This document shows positions 10,890-22,158 of a stretch of 64,000 nt of DNA, piece after piece. Position 1 is the stretch's first letter, and every line of letters starts with the position of its first letter. Made by a program: the position numbers and the translations under genes. The DNA is from Candidatus Hydrothermarchaeota archaeon (GTDB lineage: Archaea; CAYFZR01), in contig JBHIEG010000002.1 of assembly GCA_046760505.1 (NCBI GenBank), positions 43,030 through 107,029 on the forward strand, given 5' to 3'. The notes under the pieces are model-generated. The model did not search any database. It was given only the letters and a program-made list of their open reading frames with translations, and had not been told where the DNA came from.

Positions 10890-11876
10890 ATGAGGAGGAG
10901 CGTAAAAGGATTTTTACTGGTTATAATAATTTCTACTGTGCTTTTCTCTGGTTGTACAGCGAAACCACCAGAAAAACCAGAGAAGGTAAAAGTTAGGCTA
11001 GGATACTTAACCGCAGACCTGCACCAGCTAGCATACTATGTAGCAAAGAAGAAAGGCTGGTACGAAGAAGCAGGAATAGAAGTAATTCCTGTTGAATACA
11101 TAAACGGAGCCTTTGAAATGGATGGTTTTAAGGCAAATGAGATAGATGTGGGTTATCTAGGTACTGCGCCAGCCACCATTAAGCATGCTAACCTAGACAT
11201 ACCAATCCAGATTCTCGCTCAGGTGAACAATGAAGGCTCTGCAATAGTCGTGGGAAAGGATAAGGGCATAAAATCTGTAAAGGATTTGAAAGGAAAGAAC
11301 ATAGGAATACCTGGTCCAGGAACAGTACAGCATTTTCTCTTATTGAAAGCACTTTCCCAAGTAGGATTAGAATCTAAAGATGTATCATTAGTTTATCCAA
11401 TGCCTGGAAAAAGCATGTTAGACAACCTAAAAACAGGCACAATAGATGCGTTCGTAGGATGGGAACCTTTTAACGCCGCAGCAGTAGAAGGGGGATATGG
11501 CGAAATATTGATAACTTCCCACGAAATATGGCCAAGCCACCCTTGCTGTGTACTAGCGACAAGGATGGATTTCAAGAGAAATAATCCAGAAACAATTCAA
11601 AAGCTCGTAGATATCCACGTCAGAGCAACGAAATGGATAAAAGAAAATCCTGAGGAAGCGGTCAGGTATGGGGTTGAATTTACAGGAAGAAGCGAAGAAG
11701 CAGTGAGACTGGCTATGAAAAACATAGACTTCGCCTACGAGCCAAATGAGGAGGGAACAAAAACTTATCTGACCGAACTGCTAGAATTCGGAATTATAAA
11801 ACAAGAGAAGGTTCCAGACAAGGATCAATTTATCAGAGATTTCTTTGATAAAAGTTTCGTCGAAAAAACATCCTAA
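10890..11876 (+). CDS. ABC transporter substrate-binding lipoprotein, SsuA/TauA/NrtA family
   Basis: Lipobox LFSGC, DLHQLA, WEPF, HPCCV; SD GGAGGTGA. Confidence 0.9.
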   Translation: MRRSVKGFLLVIIISTVLFSGCTAKPPEKPEKVKVRLGYLTADLHQLAYYVAKKKGWYEEAGIEVIPVEYINGAFEMDGFKANEIDVGYLGTAPATIKHANLDIPIQILAQVNNEGSAIVVGKDKGIKSVKDLKGKNIGIPGPGTVQHFLLLKALSQVGLESKDVSLVYPMPGKSMLDNLKTGTIDAFVGWEPFNAAAVEGGYGEILITSHEIWPSHPCCVLATRMDFKRNNPETIQKLVDIHVRATKWIKENPEEAVRYGVEFTGRSEEAVRLAMKNIDFAYEPNEEGTKTYLTELLEFGIIKQEKVPDKDQFIRDFFDKSFVEKTS

Positions 11877-11901
11877 TCCTTTTTTATTTTTTGGTGATTC
11901 A

Positions 11902-12696
11902 ATGCCAATAAAAATAGAGAAAACAACAAAGTGGGTTTCCCCAGTTATAGCGATCTTTCTATGGGAGATACTTGCTATCTTAATTTCAGATCCATCAATT
12001 TTACCCTATCCCCTTGAAACGTTTAAGTTTTGGTATAAACTAGCGGTAGAAGGTTATATGGGAAATACACTTTTTCAGCATACAACAATGAGTCTTATCA
12101 GGGTTTTGCTAGGATTTACCATGGCAAGCATTATAGCAATTCCGATGGGCATAATTATGGGCTGGATAAGGTATGCAGAAAGTGCATTGGGAACGATTAT
12201 AGAAACTTTAAGACCTATCCCTCCTTTGGCATGGATACCTCTGGTTTTGCTGTGGTTTGGAGGAACGAGTATTCTCTCGCAGGCGATAATCATTTTTATC
12301 GGGGCATTCTTTCCAATACTCCTGAATACAATTTCTGGAGTGAAGAGCACGCCAAAAATACTGGTAGAGGCAGCCTATACTCTTGGGACAAACGAGAAAG
12401 AGCTGGTGAGAAAAGTTGTGATCCCTTCTTCTTTACCCTATGTGATAACAGGTCTCCGCATCGGGCTGGGCATTGGTTGGATGTGTCTCGTAGCCGCTGA
12501 ATTCATGGGGGTAAAAAACGGTTTAGGCTTAGGAGCAATGATGATATTTTTCCATGGCGCCGGTATTCCGGAAGGGATAATAGTTGGAATGCTAATGATA
12601 GGTATAATAGGATTAATAATGAACGAGATAGTTATATTTGTGGAGAAAAGAACTCTGGTATGGAGAGAGGAGGTCGGTTTGAGATTGGGAGTATAA
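11902..12696 (+). CDS. ABC transporter permease, SsuC/TauC family
   Basis: [20 protein letters not shown] loop, LVAAE. Confidence 0.9.
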   Translation: MPIKIEKTTKWVSPVIAIFLWEILAILISDPSILPYPLETFKFWYKLAVEGYMGNTLFQHTTMSLIRVLLGFTMASIIAIPMGIIMGWIRYAESALGTIIETLRPIPPLAWIPLVLLWFGGTSILSQAIIIFIGAFFPILLNTISGVKSTPKILVEAAYTLGTNEKELVRKVVIPSSLPYVITGLRIGLGIGWMCLVAAEFMGVKNGLGLGAMMIFFHGAGIPEGIIVGMLMIGIIGLIMNEIVIFVEKRTLVWREEVGLRLGV

Positions 12697-13454
12697 GGCT
12701 AGAGAACATCTCAAAGGTATTCGTTGACGAAGATGGAGAAGAAGTTCTGGCCTTAAAGAATGTTTCATTTGAAGTTAATGACGGCGAATTTGTTTGTATT
12801 GTAGGTCCAAGCGGATGCGGTAAGACAACTCTACTTAGAATAGCAGCTGGCTTAGAAAAACCCACTGCTGGGAAGGTATATTTAGATGGAAAAGAGGTAA
12901 AAGGTCCTGGCTCGGAAAGAGGAATGGTTTTCCAAGAATATGCTCTTTTTCCCTGGAGAACTGTTAAAAAGAATATAGAATTTGGTCTTGAATTGAAAAA
13001 TGTACCTAAAAAAGAAAGAGAAGAAATCATAAAGAGATACGTCGATCTGGTAGGGCTCAACGGATTTGAAAGCAGTTATCCTCATGAACTATCGGGTGGC
13101 ATGAAGCAAAGAGTCGCTTTAGCGAGAGTCCTAGCAAACGATCCCGATGTTCTCTTGATGGACGAGCCTTTTGGTGCTTTAGATGCTCAAACGAGAAATG
13201 TGATGCAGGAAGAATTGCTGAGAGTATGGCAAAAAGCAAGAAAAACCGTCCTTTTTGTAACCCACAGCGTGGACGAAGCTGTTTATCTAGGTGATAAGGT
13301 AGTTGTCCTTACCGCAAGACCAGGAGAGGTTAAAGGTATCTTTGAGATCAATGTCCCGAGACCCAGGAATAGAACTGCCTGCGAACCCATTGTGCTTACA
13401 AGGGCAAAGATCCTTGATATACTAACGGAAGAAGTTAAAAAAACCCTGATTTAG
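12660..13454 (+). CDS. ABC transporter ATP-binding protein, SsuB/TauB family
   Basis: [28 protein letters not shown]. Confidence 0.95.
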   Translation: MERGGRFEIGSIRLENISKVFVDEDGEEVLALKNVSFEVNDGEFVCIVGPSGCGKTTLLRIAAGLEKPTAGKVYLDGKEVKGPGSERGMVFQEYALFPWRTVKKNIEFGLELKNVPKKEREEIIKRYVDLVGLNGFESSYPHELSGGMKQRVALARVLANDPDVLLMDEPFGALDAQTRNVMQEELLRVWQKARKTVLFVTHSVDEAVYLGDKVVVLTARPGEVKGIFEINVPRPRNRTACEPIVLTRAKILDILTEEVKKTLI

Positions 13455-15013
13455 GCTTTAAACAAAATTATTTCGGCTGTTTTTGAGTCTATCCACCTGA
13501 CGTGAATTAAATCGTCTCTCAACTTTGAGACATAGTCATACTTAGATAAAACTATAGAACCTGCTCTCGTCCCGTATCTGTCGCTTCCTGCCACCACAAC
13601 GATATCGCCATCTCCCAAAGGTTTTTCTAGGTAAGCTATAATCCCTTCTCCAGGCTTCATCTTGTTAAAGTCTACTTTTAACTTGCCTTTTTCAATCAAA
13701 AGTTTGGTTATTTCATTTGCTTCGGGTCCGCCCACTAAGACGAGATTTTTATCGTATAATTCTTTTTCGCTTAACTCGTCGTCCAATCTTGCTACAGGCT
13801 CGACAAATCTGAATTCTCCAGTCTGTCTTTGCAGTGTCAAGGTTTCACCAATTTTGGCTTCGTATACTTCTTCATCTATCCTAAGATCCACGTAATCTTT
13901 ATGAATTTTTTCAAGCAAAATTTTAGAGCCAAATTCTATCTCATCTCCCTCTTCAAGTTCTACTCTTTTTTCTCCCAATCTCTCAACATGCCAACGAGCA
14001 AGATCATCTATGCGCTCATCAAAGACTATTTTAGTTCCATCAATAAATTTGACGTAATCATTCTCCTCCAATAACTGAGCAGTTTTCTTAATTAATGATA
14101 TCTCATCTTTTTTTAGGACGTACTCATAACCCGCGTCAAAATCGTCTCCGTCGTATATTCTCCTATCTTTCTGGTAAACCCTTATCTGGGCCTTGTAGTC
14201 TCCAACTACTGATCTAAAAGTACCCAGAAGCTCAATATAAATGTCTTCATAATTGAAAGGTCTTTCTAATCTTATTACGTCTTCAATCAGTAACTTATCA
14301 TGCTTGTAAAGTCTAAAGGATGCGGACTCGGTCCTCGTATTAATTCCAGTTATCTCTAATTGGTATCCATCGAATGATTTCGTTTGATGTAGCGGTATGA
14401 GATCCTCTAATAATATCTTTCCGGTCGTCATATGCTCTTCTGGCTCGTAATCAACCAAATAAAGTTCTTTATCCAATATCTTAATCCTCGTTGGCAACAA
14501 GTTATATACATTATCAGAAAACTCTAAAGTATAGGTAAAATCATCCACTTTCAATTCTCTGCCATCATATTTTATTCTAAAAGAGATTTTTTCTTTCTCT
14601 TCGAATTCTTCTTTATTTTCTGTTTCCAATTTAATTTCCTTTAAGGAAGGTAACTCCTCCTGAGTAAGCTCCTCAAGTCTGTATCCGTTCTTCTCGATTT
14701 TTCTATCAGTTGAGGAAACAGCAGCCTCTATATGCAATTCTGCCGTATCGCTGTCTATATCAATTAATTCAAGGGTCCCTATTTTCTTCCATGTGCTGAG
14801 AAAATAGAATCCCTTTATTATGTTTATTGCACTTATTGAATCCATGGGGGGGCTATTTTTCCCTATAACTATAATCGAGTTCTGTTCACTTCCCTTTACG
14901 AAAGGGCTCGGATAATCTGAGAGATCGTAGGCAAATGAGGATGAAAGCAGGCAAGGTATCAGGAGTGAGATGATGAGTAATCTTAGGTTCATGGAGGAAT
15001 ACAACTCAACCAT
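13451..15013 (-). CDS. S-layer protein family (Methanococcal/Thermococcal S-layer N- and C-domains)
   Basis: Signal peptide then [11 protein letters not shown]; C-terminal [11 protein letters not shown] and [13 protein letters not shown]; start may be ATG 14992. Confidence 0.75.
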   Translation of the reverse strand: MVELYSSMNLRLLIISLLIPCLLSSSFAYDLSDYPSPFVKGSEQNSIIVIGKNSPPMDSISAINIIKGFYFLSTWKKIGTLELIDIDSDTAELHIEAAVSSTDRKIEKNGYRLEELTQEELPSLKEIKLETENKEEFEEKEKISFRIKYDGRELKVDDFTYTLEFSDNVYNLLPTRIKILDKELYLVDYEPEEHMTTGKILLEDLIPLHQTKSFDGYQLEITGINTRTESASFRLYKHDKLLIEDVIRLERPFNYEDIYIELLGTFRSVVGDYKAQIRVYQKDRRIYDGDDFDAGYEYVLKKDEISLIKKTAQLLEENDYVKFIDGTKIVFDERIDDLARWHVERLGEKRVELEEGDEIEFGSKILLEKIHKDYVDLRIDEEVYEAKIGETLTLQRQTGEFRFVEPVARLDDELSEKELYDKNLVLVGGPEANEITKLLIEKGKLKVDFNKMKPGEGIIAYLEKPLGDGDIVVVAGSDRYGTRAGSIVLSKYDYVSKLRDDLIHVRWIDSKTAEIILFKA

Positions 15014-15036
15014 GTATATAATTTTAATGTTTCTAA

Positions 15037-15522
15037 TTAGCCGAATTTGTACCCTATCTTCCTTAAGAATTCCTTTCTCTTTTCAATGTCTTCTTCTTCC
15101 TCTACACCTTTTGGTGGAAAACCATCTATAACCCCTAAAATTCCCCTTCCTTGCTCCGTCTCAGCTATTACAACTTGAAGAGGATTTGCGGTTGCACAAT
15201 AAATCGAACAGACTTCTGGAACGCTTTTTATGGTGTTCAGTATGTTAATCGGAAATCCTTCTCTCATGAATATGATAAAAATGTGACCACACCCGAGTTT
15301 TAGTGCGTTTTCCTCTGCTATCTTTTTCAATTCTTCATCGTTACCTACACTTCTGATGAGACAAGGACCCGAAGCCTCGGAAAAGGCGATGCCAAACTTG
15401 CTGTTTGGAATCGTATTCATGAAAGCCTCGTACAGGTCTTCTATTGTTTTTATAAAATGAGTTTGTCCCAATATAACATTACATCCCTCAGGAATCTTTA
15501 TTTCTTCAATTTTAAGTTCCAC
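15037..15522 (-). CDS. Adenosine-specific kinase family (DUF355-like)
   Basis: [34 protein letters not shown]; GTG start after GGAGGGGT. Confidence 0.9.
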   Translation of the reverse strand: MELKIEEIKIPEGCNVILGQTHFIKTIEDLYEAFMNTIPNSKFGIAFSEASGPCLIRSVGNDEELKKIAEENALKLGCGHIFIIFMREGFPINILNTIKSVPEVCSIYCATANPLQVVIAETEQGRGILGVIDGFPPKGVEEEEDIEKRKEFLRKIGYKFG

Positions 15523-15667
15523 AGGACCACCCCTCCTGATTAATAGAAAAATGATATAAATAATTTTCAGTGATTGATAAGTCCAAATCATTTATTTGTT
15601 TTATTCTCGGTTTTATCGTCTGACAATCGTCTTAAACACATTTATATACCTGTTTTTAAAAATCTAA

Positions 15668-16147
15668 ATGATAAAAGGGATTAATATGCTAAAAGAACAT
15701 CAATTAGTTGAATGTGAATGCAAGAATAAACTTTTCAACCATTACTGCCTGAAATGCAATCTCGAGGTTGAATCAGACTTAAGAGAATTCAGAAAAAAAC
15801 TACTGGATTGTTCTTTTGAACTAATTTTCAAATGCATAGAGAGGTATAAAGAAATTTATCGAATTTTAGAGCAAAAAGTTACCATTGAGGAATTGAACGA
15901 ACTTGAGAAGGAATACAAAGATTTTTATGATGATATCAAAAATGGAAGGGTGAGTAAGGAAAAGGAAACTCTCTTTCTTGATCGCATAATCTTTAAACAT
16001 ATGAAAAGAATATTGAAACAAATGAATAGCGAACTTTATACCTATCTAAAGGAAAATTCAGACATATTGGAGGGATATACTGACGAGAGAGCAAAATATC
16101 TCTGGAATCTCATCGACGGCATGGTTGGAAAAAGTATCATTTGGTAA
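15668..16147 (+). CDS. Hypothetical protein with Cys-rich N-terminus (CxC...CxxC)
   Basis: 159 aa, TATA upstream. Confidence 0.6.
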   Translation: MIKGINMLKEHQLVECECKNKLFNHYCLKCNLEVESDLREFRKKLLDCSFELIFKCIERYKEIYRILEQKVTIEELNELEKEYKDFYDDIKNGRVSKEKETLFLDRIIFKHMKRILKQMNSELYTYLKENSDILEGYTDERAKYLWNLIDGMVGKSIIW

Positions 16148-16195
16148 CTGAATATTTTACCTAAAGAATTAAAATAATACCTCCATATTAAATTC

Positions 16196-16936
16196 ATGTT
16201 TGTCACCATTTTGGGAACCGGAGTTTTGATTCCCGAGCAGAACCGGGCACAGGCAGGTATCCTTGTAGAATCAGAGGATACTCTGGTTTTGTTTGACTGC
16301 GGGAATGGTGTTCTGAAAAGAATAATCCAAGCAGGATATGACCACGAAGATATACAGCACGTGTTCATTTCGCACATTCACATAGATCATACGAGCGATA
16401 TACCGCCTCTCTTGGGAGCTAATTTTTTAAAAGGAAAGCTTGATTTTAAATTGTACGGACCAAAGGGCACAAAAGACTGGCTAACTAAGATACTCGAAGC
16501 ATACGACTACATTGAGAGAATAAACTTCCAAGTCAATGAAATAAAGGATGAAGAACTCATCGAATTGGGAGACCTTAGGATAAGATGCAGATATGTTTCT
16601 CACGGAGTTCCTTCCCTAGGCTTTAGAATTGAATGCGACTCTTCCATGGTTTATTCAGGCGATACAGAAACATGCAACGGGATGAGAGATCTATGTTCGA
16701 AGAAAACAGATTTGTTGATTCACGAATGCTCTTTCCTGGATGATTTTCCCCGCAGATACGGACACACGACGCCTTCTGCCCTATCTGAATTTTTAAAGAA
16801 TTTGAATGTAAGCTCTTTGATCGTTACCCACATTTATCCAGAATCAAGACACGAAGAGCTTATAATCAAAGCCATAAGGAAGAATTATCAGAATGAATTA
16901 ATGATCGGTGAGGATCTGCTCAGGGTAGAAATATAA
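16196..16936 (+). CDS. MBL-fold metallo-hydrolase, RNase Z-like
   Basis: LGTG, DCG.G, SHIHIDH, YSGDT, HECSF, TH. Confidence 0.9.
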   Translation: MFVTILGTGVLIPEQNRAQAGILVESEDTLVLFDCGNGVLKRIIQAGYDHEDIQHVFISHIHIDHTSDIPPLLGANFLKGKLDFKLYGPKGTKDWLTKILEAYDYIERINFQVNEIKDEELIELGDLRIRCRYVSHGVPSLGFRIECDSSMVYSGDTETCNGMRDLCSKKTDLLIHECSFLDDFPRRYGHTTPSALSEFLKNLNVSSLIVTHIYPESRHEELIIKAIRKNYQNELMIGEDLLRVEI

Positions 16937-17667
16937 TGGATGCAGTAATCTTGGCCGCTGGAAAGGGAAAAAGACTCATGCCAATAACTGAAAGGATTGC
17001 AAAACCTCTTTTACCAATAGATGGTAAGCCAGTAATAGAGCAAATAGTTATTTCTTTAAAAAAATTGGGTTTTAAACGTATTTTTATAATAATCGGACAT
17101 CTTGGAAACCAAATAGAAAAATATCTTGGAAACGGATCGAAGTATAATATAAAGATAGAGTACAGAAGACAGGTTCCTCTGGGGACCGCTCATGCACTGA
17201 GATGCGTAGAAAATGATATAAAGGGAGACTTTCTGGTAACAGCAAGTGATTCCATATTCCCTTTAAGCCATATCAGAGACTTGGTTAAGAAACATAAGAA
17301 AGAGAGATGCGATGCGACGATAAGCCTAAAAAAAGTAAATATTAAAGATATACCATCCATGAGTACCGTAACTCTGCAAGGAGACAGAATCTTAAAGATA
17401 GTAGAAAAGCCAAAAAAAGGACAAGTGTTGAGCAACATTTCCGCATCCCCCCTATATGTTTTTGGCGATGTTGTTTTTGATTTCTTAAAAGATGTAAGAA
17501 TATCTGAAAGAGGAGAATACGAGTTACAGGACGCTATTCAAAAAATGATTGATTCTAACTTATGTGTAAAGGGGGTATTTTCTGAGAAATGGAAGCATCT
17601 TACAGATATAAACGATCTGATCGAACTGAACTTTCCTTATCTCATAGAATTCATGAAAGATCTGTAG
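16936..17667 (+). CDS. Sugar-phosphate nucleotidyltransferase
   Basis: LAAGKGKRL.P.T....KPL, LGTAHA, VEKP, RGEYEL. Confidence 0.9.
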   Translation: MDAVILAAGKGKRLMPITERIAKPLLPIDGKPVIEQIVISLKKLGFKRIFIIIGHLGNQIEKYLGNGSKYNIKIEYRRQVPLGTAHALRCVENDIKGDFLVTASDSIFPLSHIRDLVKKHKKERCDATISLKKVNIKDIPSMSTVTLQGDRILKIVEKPKKGQVLSNISASPLYVFGDVVFDFLKDVRISERGEYELQDAIQKMIDSNLCVKGVFSEKWKHLTDINDLIELNFPYLIEFMKDL

Positions 17668-17719
17668 GTGCGCTTTCGTATTTCAGCCTATTATGTTTAA
17701 GTAGTATTGAAATTAAGGT

Positions 17720-19270
17720 ATGCACATGAACTTAATAAAGCTCTTGTCGGGTTTATTGCTACTTATTACTTCCTACCTTGCTGGTGAAAGCCTGATTTTC
17801 AAAAAAGTTTCACTTTTAAATCCTTACTTTGATAATCTGTTATTTGCATTTGCAATTGTATTTCCTATTTTTTTCTTCTCTAGGAAAGATGGGGAAATAA
17901 AGGAAAACAATGATTTTATATTGATTTTTTTAACTGTTTTTTCTCTCATATTCAGACTTTTTTTTAGAAGTAAGGGTCTTCTGCATATGGATTCTATTGC
18001 GTACATAGGGTCAGCAAAAGGACTTATAGAATCAGGAAGGCTGCAATACGCCCATTCTCCGGGCTATCCGGGTGTAGGAATTATATTTGGGCTCTCTAAT
18101 CTCTTCTTGGATCTTCCAATGGATAGAGTTTCAATATACACGTGTGCAATAATTGGATCTTTATCTGTTCCTTTGATGTATCTTTTTGCCTTTAGATTTA
18201 CCAAAAACAAGAGAATTGGCCTCATTACAGCTCTACTTCTTATGGTAAATCCCTTACACTGGTCTCTGAGCGAGCAAGCCTTGGGCGACGTCCTCTCTTT
18301 TTTCTTCTTAGTTTTTAGTGCTTATATGCTTACCTTCAATAATAGGGTAAGGATACTAAGCGCGCTGGTATTTGGAGTAGCCATTGCCATTAGATTGACA
18401 AACATATTGTTCTTTCCGTTTTATCTCTTTTTGCTCGTGAGAGAAAGAAAAATTAATTATATTCTAGCAGGCTCTATTTTAAGCCTAACAGGATTTTTTT
18501 TCTACATTCCTGCATACCTCATGCATGGATTTGAGTACTTCTTAAGCCCAGTAGTTTATAACAGGTTTTTCCCAAAGTTGTTTCTTTCAATAAAAGACTA
18601 TCTCTTGGACATTTTTTGTGTTTCCCTTAGCACAGCTTTCATTCCTCTCACCCTATTTGGAATAGCAATAATTTTGAGGGACAGGAAATACTTCCATCTT
18701 ACTGCTTTGGCTCTATGGATTTTTCCATACTTCTTTTACTTCGGAAATATAATCACCTTTTCTGCGAGATTTTTCCTCCCGATTATTGCTCCACTCTTGC
18801 TCTTAATGGCCGTTAGTCTAAGTAAAATAGAGAAAAAAGCAGGGATGCTTCTTGTCCTCTTTATAATTACACAATCTATGGGTTATATTTATCCTGTTTT
18901 AGATTCACGTGCAACTCATTCTTATCAGGAGGAATTCGCCCTTTTTGTAAAAAATAACACTGAAGAAGACTCATTAATCATTGTAAGTGAGGAAAGAGCC
19001 TTTATTAGCTATTATGGAAACAGAACCACAATTCCTACAAACGTATCGTTAACAGAATCATATCTCAAGGAGGGAAAACCAGTCTACTTGATCTCCAGTG
19101 CATTTTTCACAAGAGGAGGAAGAGAAAAAGAAGAGAAATTTAAAGAAAATTTTAACTTTACATTAATTGGAACTAAATTAAACGAAGATTTTCACCATAA
19201 ATCCATATATTCTGGATTTTTCGATGAGTATCTCTATGAATTAAAATTAAAGAATACCACAAAAAGTTAG
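17720..19270 (+). CDS. GT-C/PMT-like membrane glycosyltransferase (DUF2723-like)
   Basis: More than 10 TM segments, D....Y...HSPGYP loop, RFFLP motif, soluble C-terminal domain. Confidence 0.7.
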   Translation: MHMNLIKLLSGLLLLITSYLAGESLIFKKVSLLNPYFDNLLFAFAIVFPIFFFSRKDGEIKENNDFILIFLTVFSLIFRLFFRSKGLLHMDSIAYIGSAKGLIESGRLQYAHSPGYPGVGIIFGLSNLFLDLPMDRVSIYTCAIIGSLSVPLMYLFAFRFTKNKRIGLITALLLMVNPLHWSLSEQALGDVLSFFFLVFSAYMLTFNNRVRILSALVFGVAIAIRLTNILFFPFYLFLLVRERKINYILAGSILSLTGFFFYIPAYLMHGFEYFLSPVVYNRFFPKLFLSIKDYLLDIFCVSLSTAFIPLTLFGIAIILRDRKYFHLTALALWIFPYFFYFGNIITFSARFFLPIIAPLLLLMAVSLSKIEKKAGMLLVLFIITQSMGYIYPVLDSRATHSYQEEFALFVKNNTEEDSLIIVSEERAFISYYGNRTTIPTNVSLTESYLKEGKPVYLISSAFFTRGGREKEEKFKENFNFTLIGTKLNEDFHHKSIYSGFFDEYLYELKLKNTTKS

Positions 19271-19292
19271 GTTGGGGTTTGATGAAAATGGT

Positions 19293-19955
19293 CTATTTTT
19301 TCATCTTCCTTGATATGAAGAATGCTCCGATTATCACTAAGAATACAACTAACATTATTCCAACGTAGTTGGTTGGAAAGTTACCTGTATTTTCATCTCT
19401 TTCATACGTAAACTCGATCCTCGGATCCACCAGTTCATAGTACCATATCTCATTGTCTGTTCTAAAGTCATAATCTGGAGAAACAGAAAGAATTTTCACA
19501 TTCTTGGGGAAAATATAAATTCTTTTAGTCTGAAGGTAGTATCCCTGTCTAATGCCGCTTTCCAGCCTTCCACTTCCGAACAAAACGTATTTTTCATCTT
19601 CCTTTCTCACGTAGTTCTCTAGGTTATACCAAACTTCCGCTATGTATTCTCTATTTCCAGGAGAAATGTCAGCGGTAAACTTCATGGTAAAATTTTTTAC
19701 AATGACCCCCCTCTTGCTCCAAGCATCCTTCAAATCTTTTAGAGACTTTCCGCTGTTATATTCGTTTTTCATTTTTTCTAGCTTTCTATAAGCATCGGGC
19801 TCGGATGGAGGAGTATCTGGTATGATAGAGAATTTTCCGTAATACGAGACAATTCCATTCTCATGGATCGTATAAGTCCCCGAATACTCGTACAGTAATT
19901 TAGATGTGGTCGGTATGGCAGATAATGCTAAAAAGATGAGGAGTAATCTTTTCAT
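19293..19955 (-). CDS. Secreted protein with C-terminal membrane anchor
   Basis: N-terminal signal peptide, beta-rich body, C-terminal TM plus RKMKK tail. Confidence 0.7.
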   Translation of the reverse strand: MKRLLLIFLALSAIPTTSKLLYEYSGTYTIHENGIVSYYGKFSIIPDTPPSEPDAYRKLEKMKNEYNSGKSLKDLKDAWSKRGVIVKNFTMKFTADISPGNREYIAEVWYNLENYVRKEDEKYVLFGSGRLESGIRQGYYLQTKRIYIFPKNVKILSVSPDYDFRTDNEIWYYELVDPRIEFTYERDENTGNFPTNYVGIMLVVFLVIIGAFFISRKMKK

Positions 19956-20016
19956 GTGACCATAACTATTACTGCATATTTAAAAGCATTTTGGTATCAG
20001 ATATAAAAACTCAACT

Positions 20017-20292
20017 TTAATCCATTGGCTTGAGTCCGGTTAATCTGTTCCTTATTATTGCGAGTTCATCTGTTGTTAAAGAAAAGTCTGAGCGCAACAT
20101 AAAGAACTTGTTTTCAATATAACTTACATGGTTCCATAACAATAAGTTTAGAAATAGGCTCAAACCAGCTACCAGAATTAACTCCAGGCGGATGAATAGG
20201 TTATCCTCAATCGGGATGATTCTTAATTTCTGCAGTACAATAAAAAAGACAGATAAGATCACGATGAAGGGTAACTTTGCTCTCATAATCAA
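20017..20292 (-). CDS. Small 2-TM hypothetical protein
   Basis: 91 aa, two hydrophobic segments. Confidence 0.5.
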   Translation of the reverse strand: MIMRAKLPFIVILSVFFIVLQKLRIIPIEDNLFIRLELILVAGLSLFLNLLLWNHVSYIENKFFMLRSDFSLTTDELAIIRNRLTGLKPMD

Positions 20293-20363
20293 CCATATTA
20301 ATCTAACTTTAATTATCGTTTTTGCTCAACTTCTGAATACAAAAAAATAACTGGATTTTTTTA

Positions 20364-21065
20364 TCAAATGCGTATCCGTTCAGCTTTCTTTAGGGCACTT
20401 ACGGTAAGCTTGTGGTATCCAAAAACAGGCTTAATTATTATATCAGCTGCATTTATCCTCTCAAGGTTCATGTCACCTAAAACATCCACTACAACGTGTC
20501 TTAATCCTTCTTCGCAGTAGCCTATTAAAACTGGCGTCCTTGCGTCGAGCATCTCTTCGTACCTCTTCTCCAGTGTATTGTATTCCACCGATGAGTCATG
20601 ATGGACTACTCTCACGTTCAAGCCATCTTCTATTGATGCGGGGCGTATTTCTATGTATCCATCTTTAAATCTTTCCTTAACCCTGTTTTTTATAGTGAAA
20701 TATTCGTCTTCTCTAAGTTCCTTCCTATTTTCAAGCAAAAGTCTCCAAACATCTCCTCCCGCTCTGCCATCTCCACTTCCAAGGACTACTGATGGAGAGA
20801 ATCCATCTCTTACTGCATCTCTATGGGAGGGTCTCGAGGGGTCGAACGATGAGATTCCTCTGATATCACAGTACATGTTTAAAATTCGAAGGGTACCCAA
20901 AATATGCTCTACAAGATACGCCGCTTTTTTGTTCTCCCTCAAATCCACCCTTTCATATGCTTTTATGACCTTGCTTACGGATGGAACTATTCCGTTCAGG
21001 TATATTTCATTTGAGGGTTTAACCTCCAGAGTTTGGGTGGATATTGTTCCGCTAACTGTAAACAT
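20364..21065 (-). CDS. LpxC-like Zn-dependent deacetylase homologue (substrate unknown)
   Basis: Collinear LpxC motifs VEH, DG.A, ART, RH...D..GD, G.H. Confidence 0.7.
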   Translation of the reverse strand: MFTVSGTISTQTLEVKPSNEIYLNGIVPSVSKVIKAYERVDLRENKKAAYLVEHILGTLRILNMYCDIRGISSFDPSRPSHRDAVRDGFSPSVVLGSGDGRAGGDVWRLLLENRKELREDEYFTIKNRVKERFKDGYIEIRPASIEDGLNVRVVHHDSSVEYNTLEKRYEEMLDARTPVLIGYCEEGLRHVVVDVLGDMNLERINAADIIIKPVFGYHKLTVSALKKAERIRI

Positions 21066-21122
21066 CTTTAATTCCCGGGATTAAACTTTTATATAATGTT
21101 TTATAAACTTTCTTCGAGAAAT

Positions 21123-22148
21123 ATGAATCCTCAGGTAATTCAAGAGATAGTTAAAAGTTTAAGAGATATAGAGGAGAAAAGGAGGCGTATCGGCGAAAAA
21201 ATCCGATCTCTGAAAAACGACTTATCCAAATCTTTGATATTAAAGGTAAACCCGCATCCTCTAGACCGCTTAACCGTCTTGGGAGTTGATGGGTCTATTG
21301 TTTCTCACGAGTATCATGATCTCCTGCTAATTATGGTCAGGAGTATAGCGGTTTTTTTCTCTTTCGAAGACAACACGCTGTCAGAATGCTTCTATTACCC
21401 CAATTCCACTCCAGAAATCGAAGTATGTCCGATATACGGTTTTCAATCGGATGAGATAAAGAGTATATCTTCCCAAAGGAGGTTGGAATCTGAGGTTAAA
21501 ATGGCAATTGAAGCAATAGATGAATTCAAACCTGATATAATTTTACTTGATGGGTCTATAGTGCCTCAAATATCCGATAAGCCAAAGAAAAAATTAATAA
21601 GGCTGTATGAGAAATTATATGCAAGGTGTATGGATGATGGCCTGTCCTTGGCTGGTGTAATCGAGGACAGCAGGGGTACGAGGTTCGTAAATATGTTGCT
21701 GAACGAAATCATGCCAAATAAATTCAAAGACAAAGAAGAGTTCTTTCAAAAATCAAATGACACCAACATATTGAACCATGTCCTCGATGCCGGAGAAAGG
21801 ACATTCGGTTTTCCGTATTCTGATGCTCCAGGAGATCACCCGGTTTTGAAGGAATTTGATCCTGAATACGCAGGAAAAATTTACTCATTTTACATGAAAA
21901 CAGTGGATTTTGATAGACCCCTCAGAGTAGAATACTTAAGACATGATAACGATGATTTCATAGCAGGAACAGTGTTCTCATTATCTATGTTTCATTCGGA
22001 CTATGGCTTTCCCAGTATTTTAATAGAAGCCGATGAAAGAGTCAGAATCTCAAGGAAAGATCTAGACCACCTTTACAGAGTTCTCATAGAAGAACTCGGA
22101 GACATATCTTCAATTATGCGTATGAGGAGGGAAAGAAGACCATTTTAA
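21123..22148 (+). CDS. nurA: DNA double-strand break repair nuclease NurA
   Basis: GVDGS, LLDGS, GV.EDS, YGFP..LIEAD; adjacent to herA. Confidence 0.92.
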   Translation: MNPQVIQEIVKSLRDIEEKRRRIGEKIRSLKNDLSKSLILKVNPHPLDRLTVLGVDGSIVSHEYHDLLLIMVRSIAVFFSFEDNTLSECFYYPNSTPEIEVCPIYGFQSDEIKSISSQRRLESEVKMAIEAIDEFKPDIILLDGSIVPQISDKPKKKLIRLYEKLYARCMDDGLSLAGVIEDSRGTRFVNMLLNEIMPNKFKDKEEFFQKSNDTNILNHVLDAGERTFGFPYSDAPGDHPVLKEFDPEYAGKIYSFYMKTVDFDRPLRVEYLRHDNDDFIAGTVFSLSMFHSDYGFPSILIEADERVRISRKDLDHLYRVLIEELGDISSIMRMRRERRPF

Positions 22149-22158
22149 AGGTGATTGA

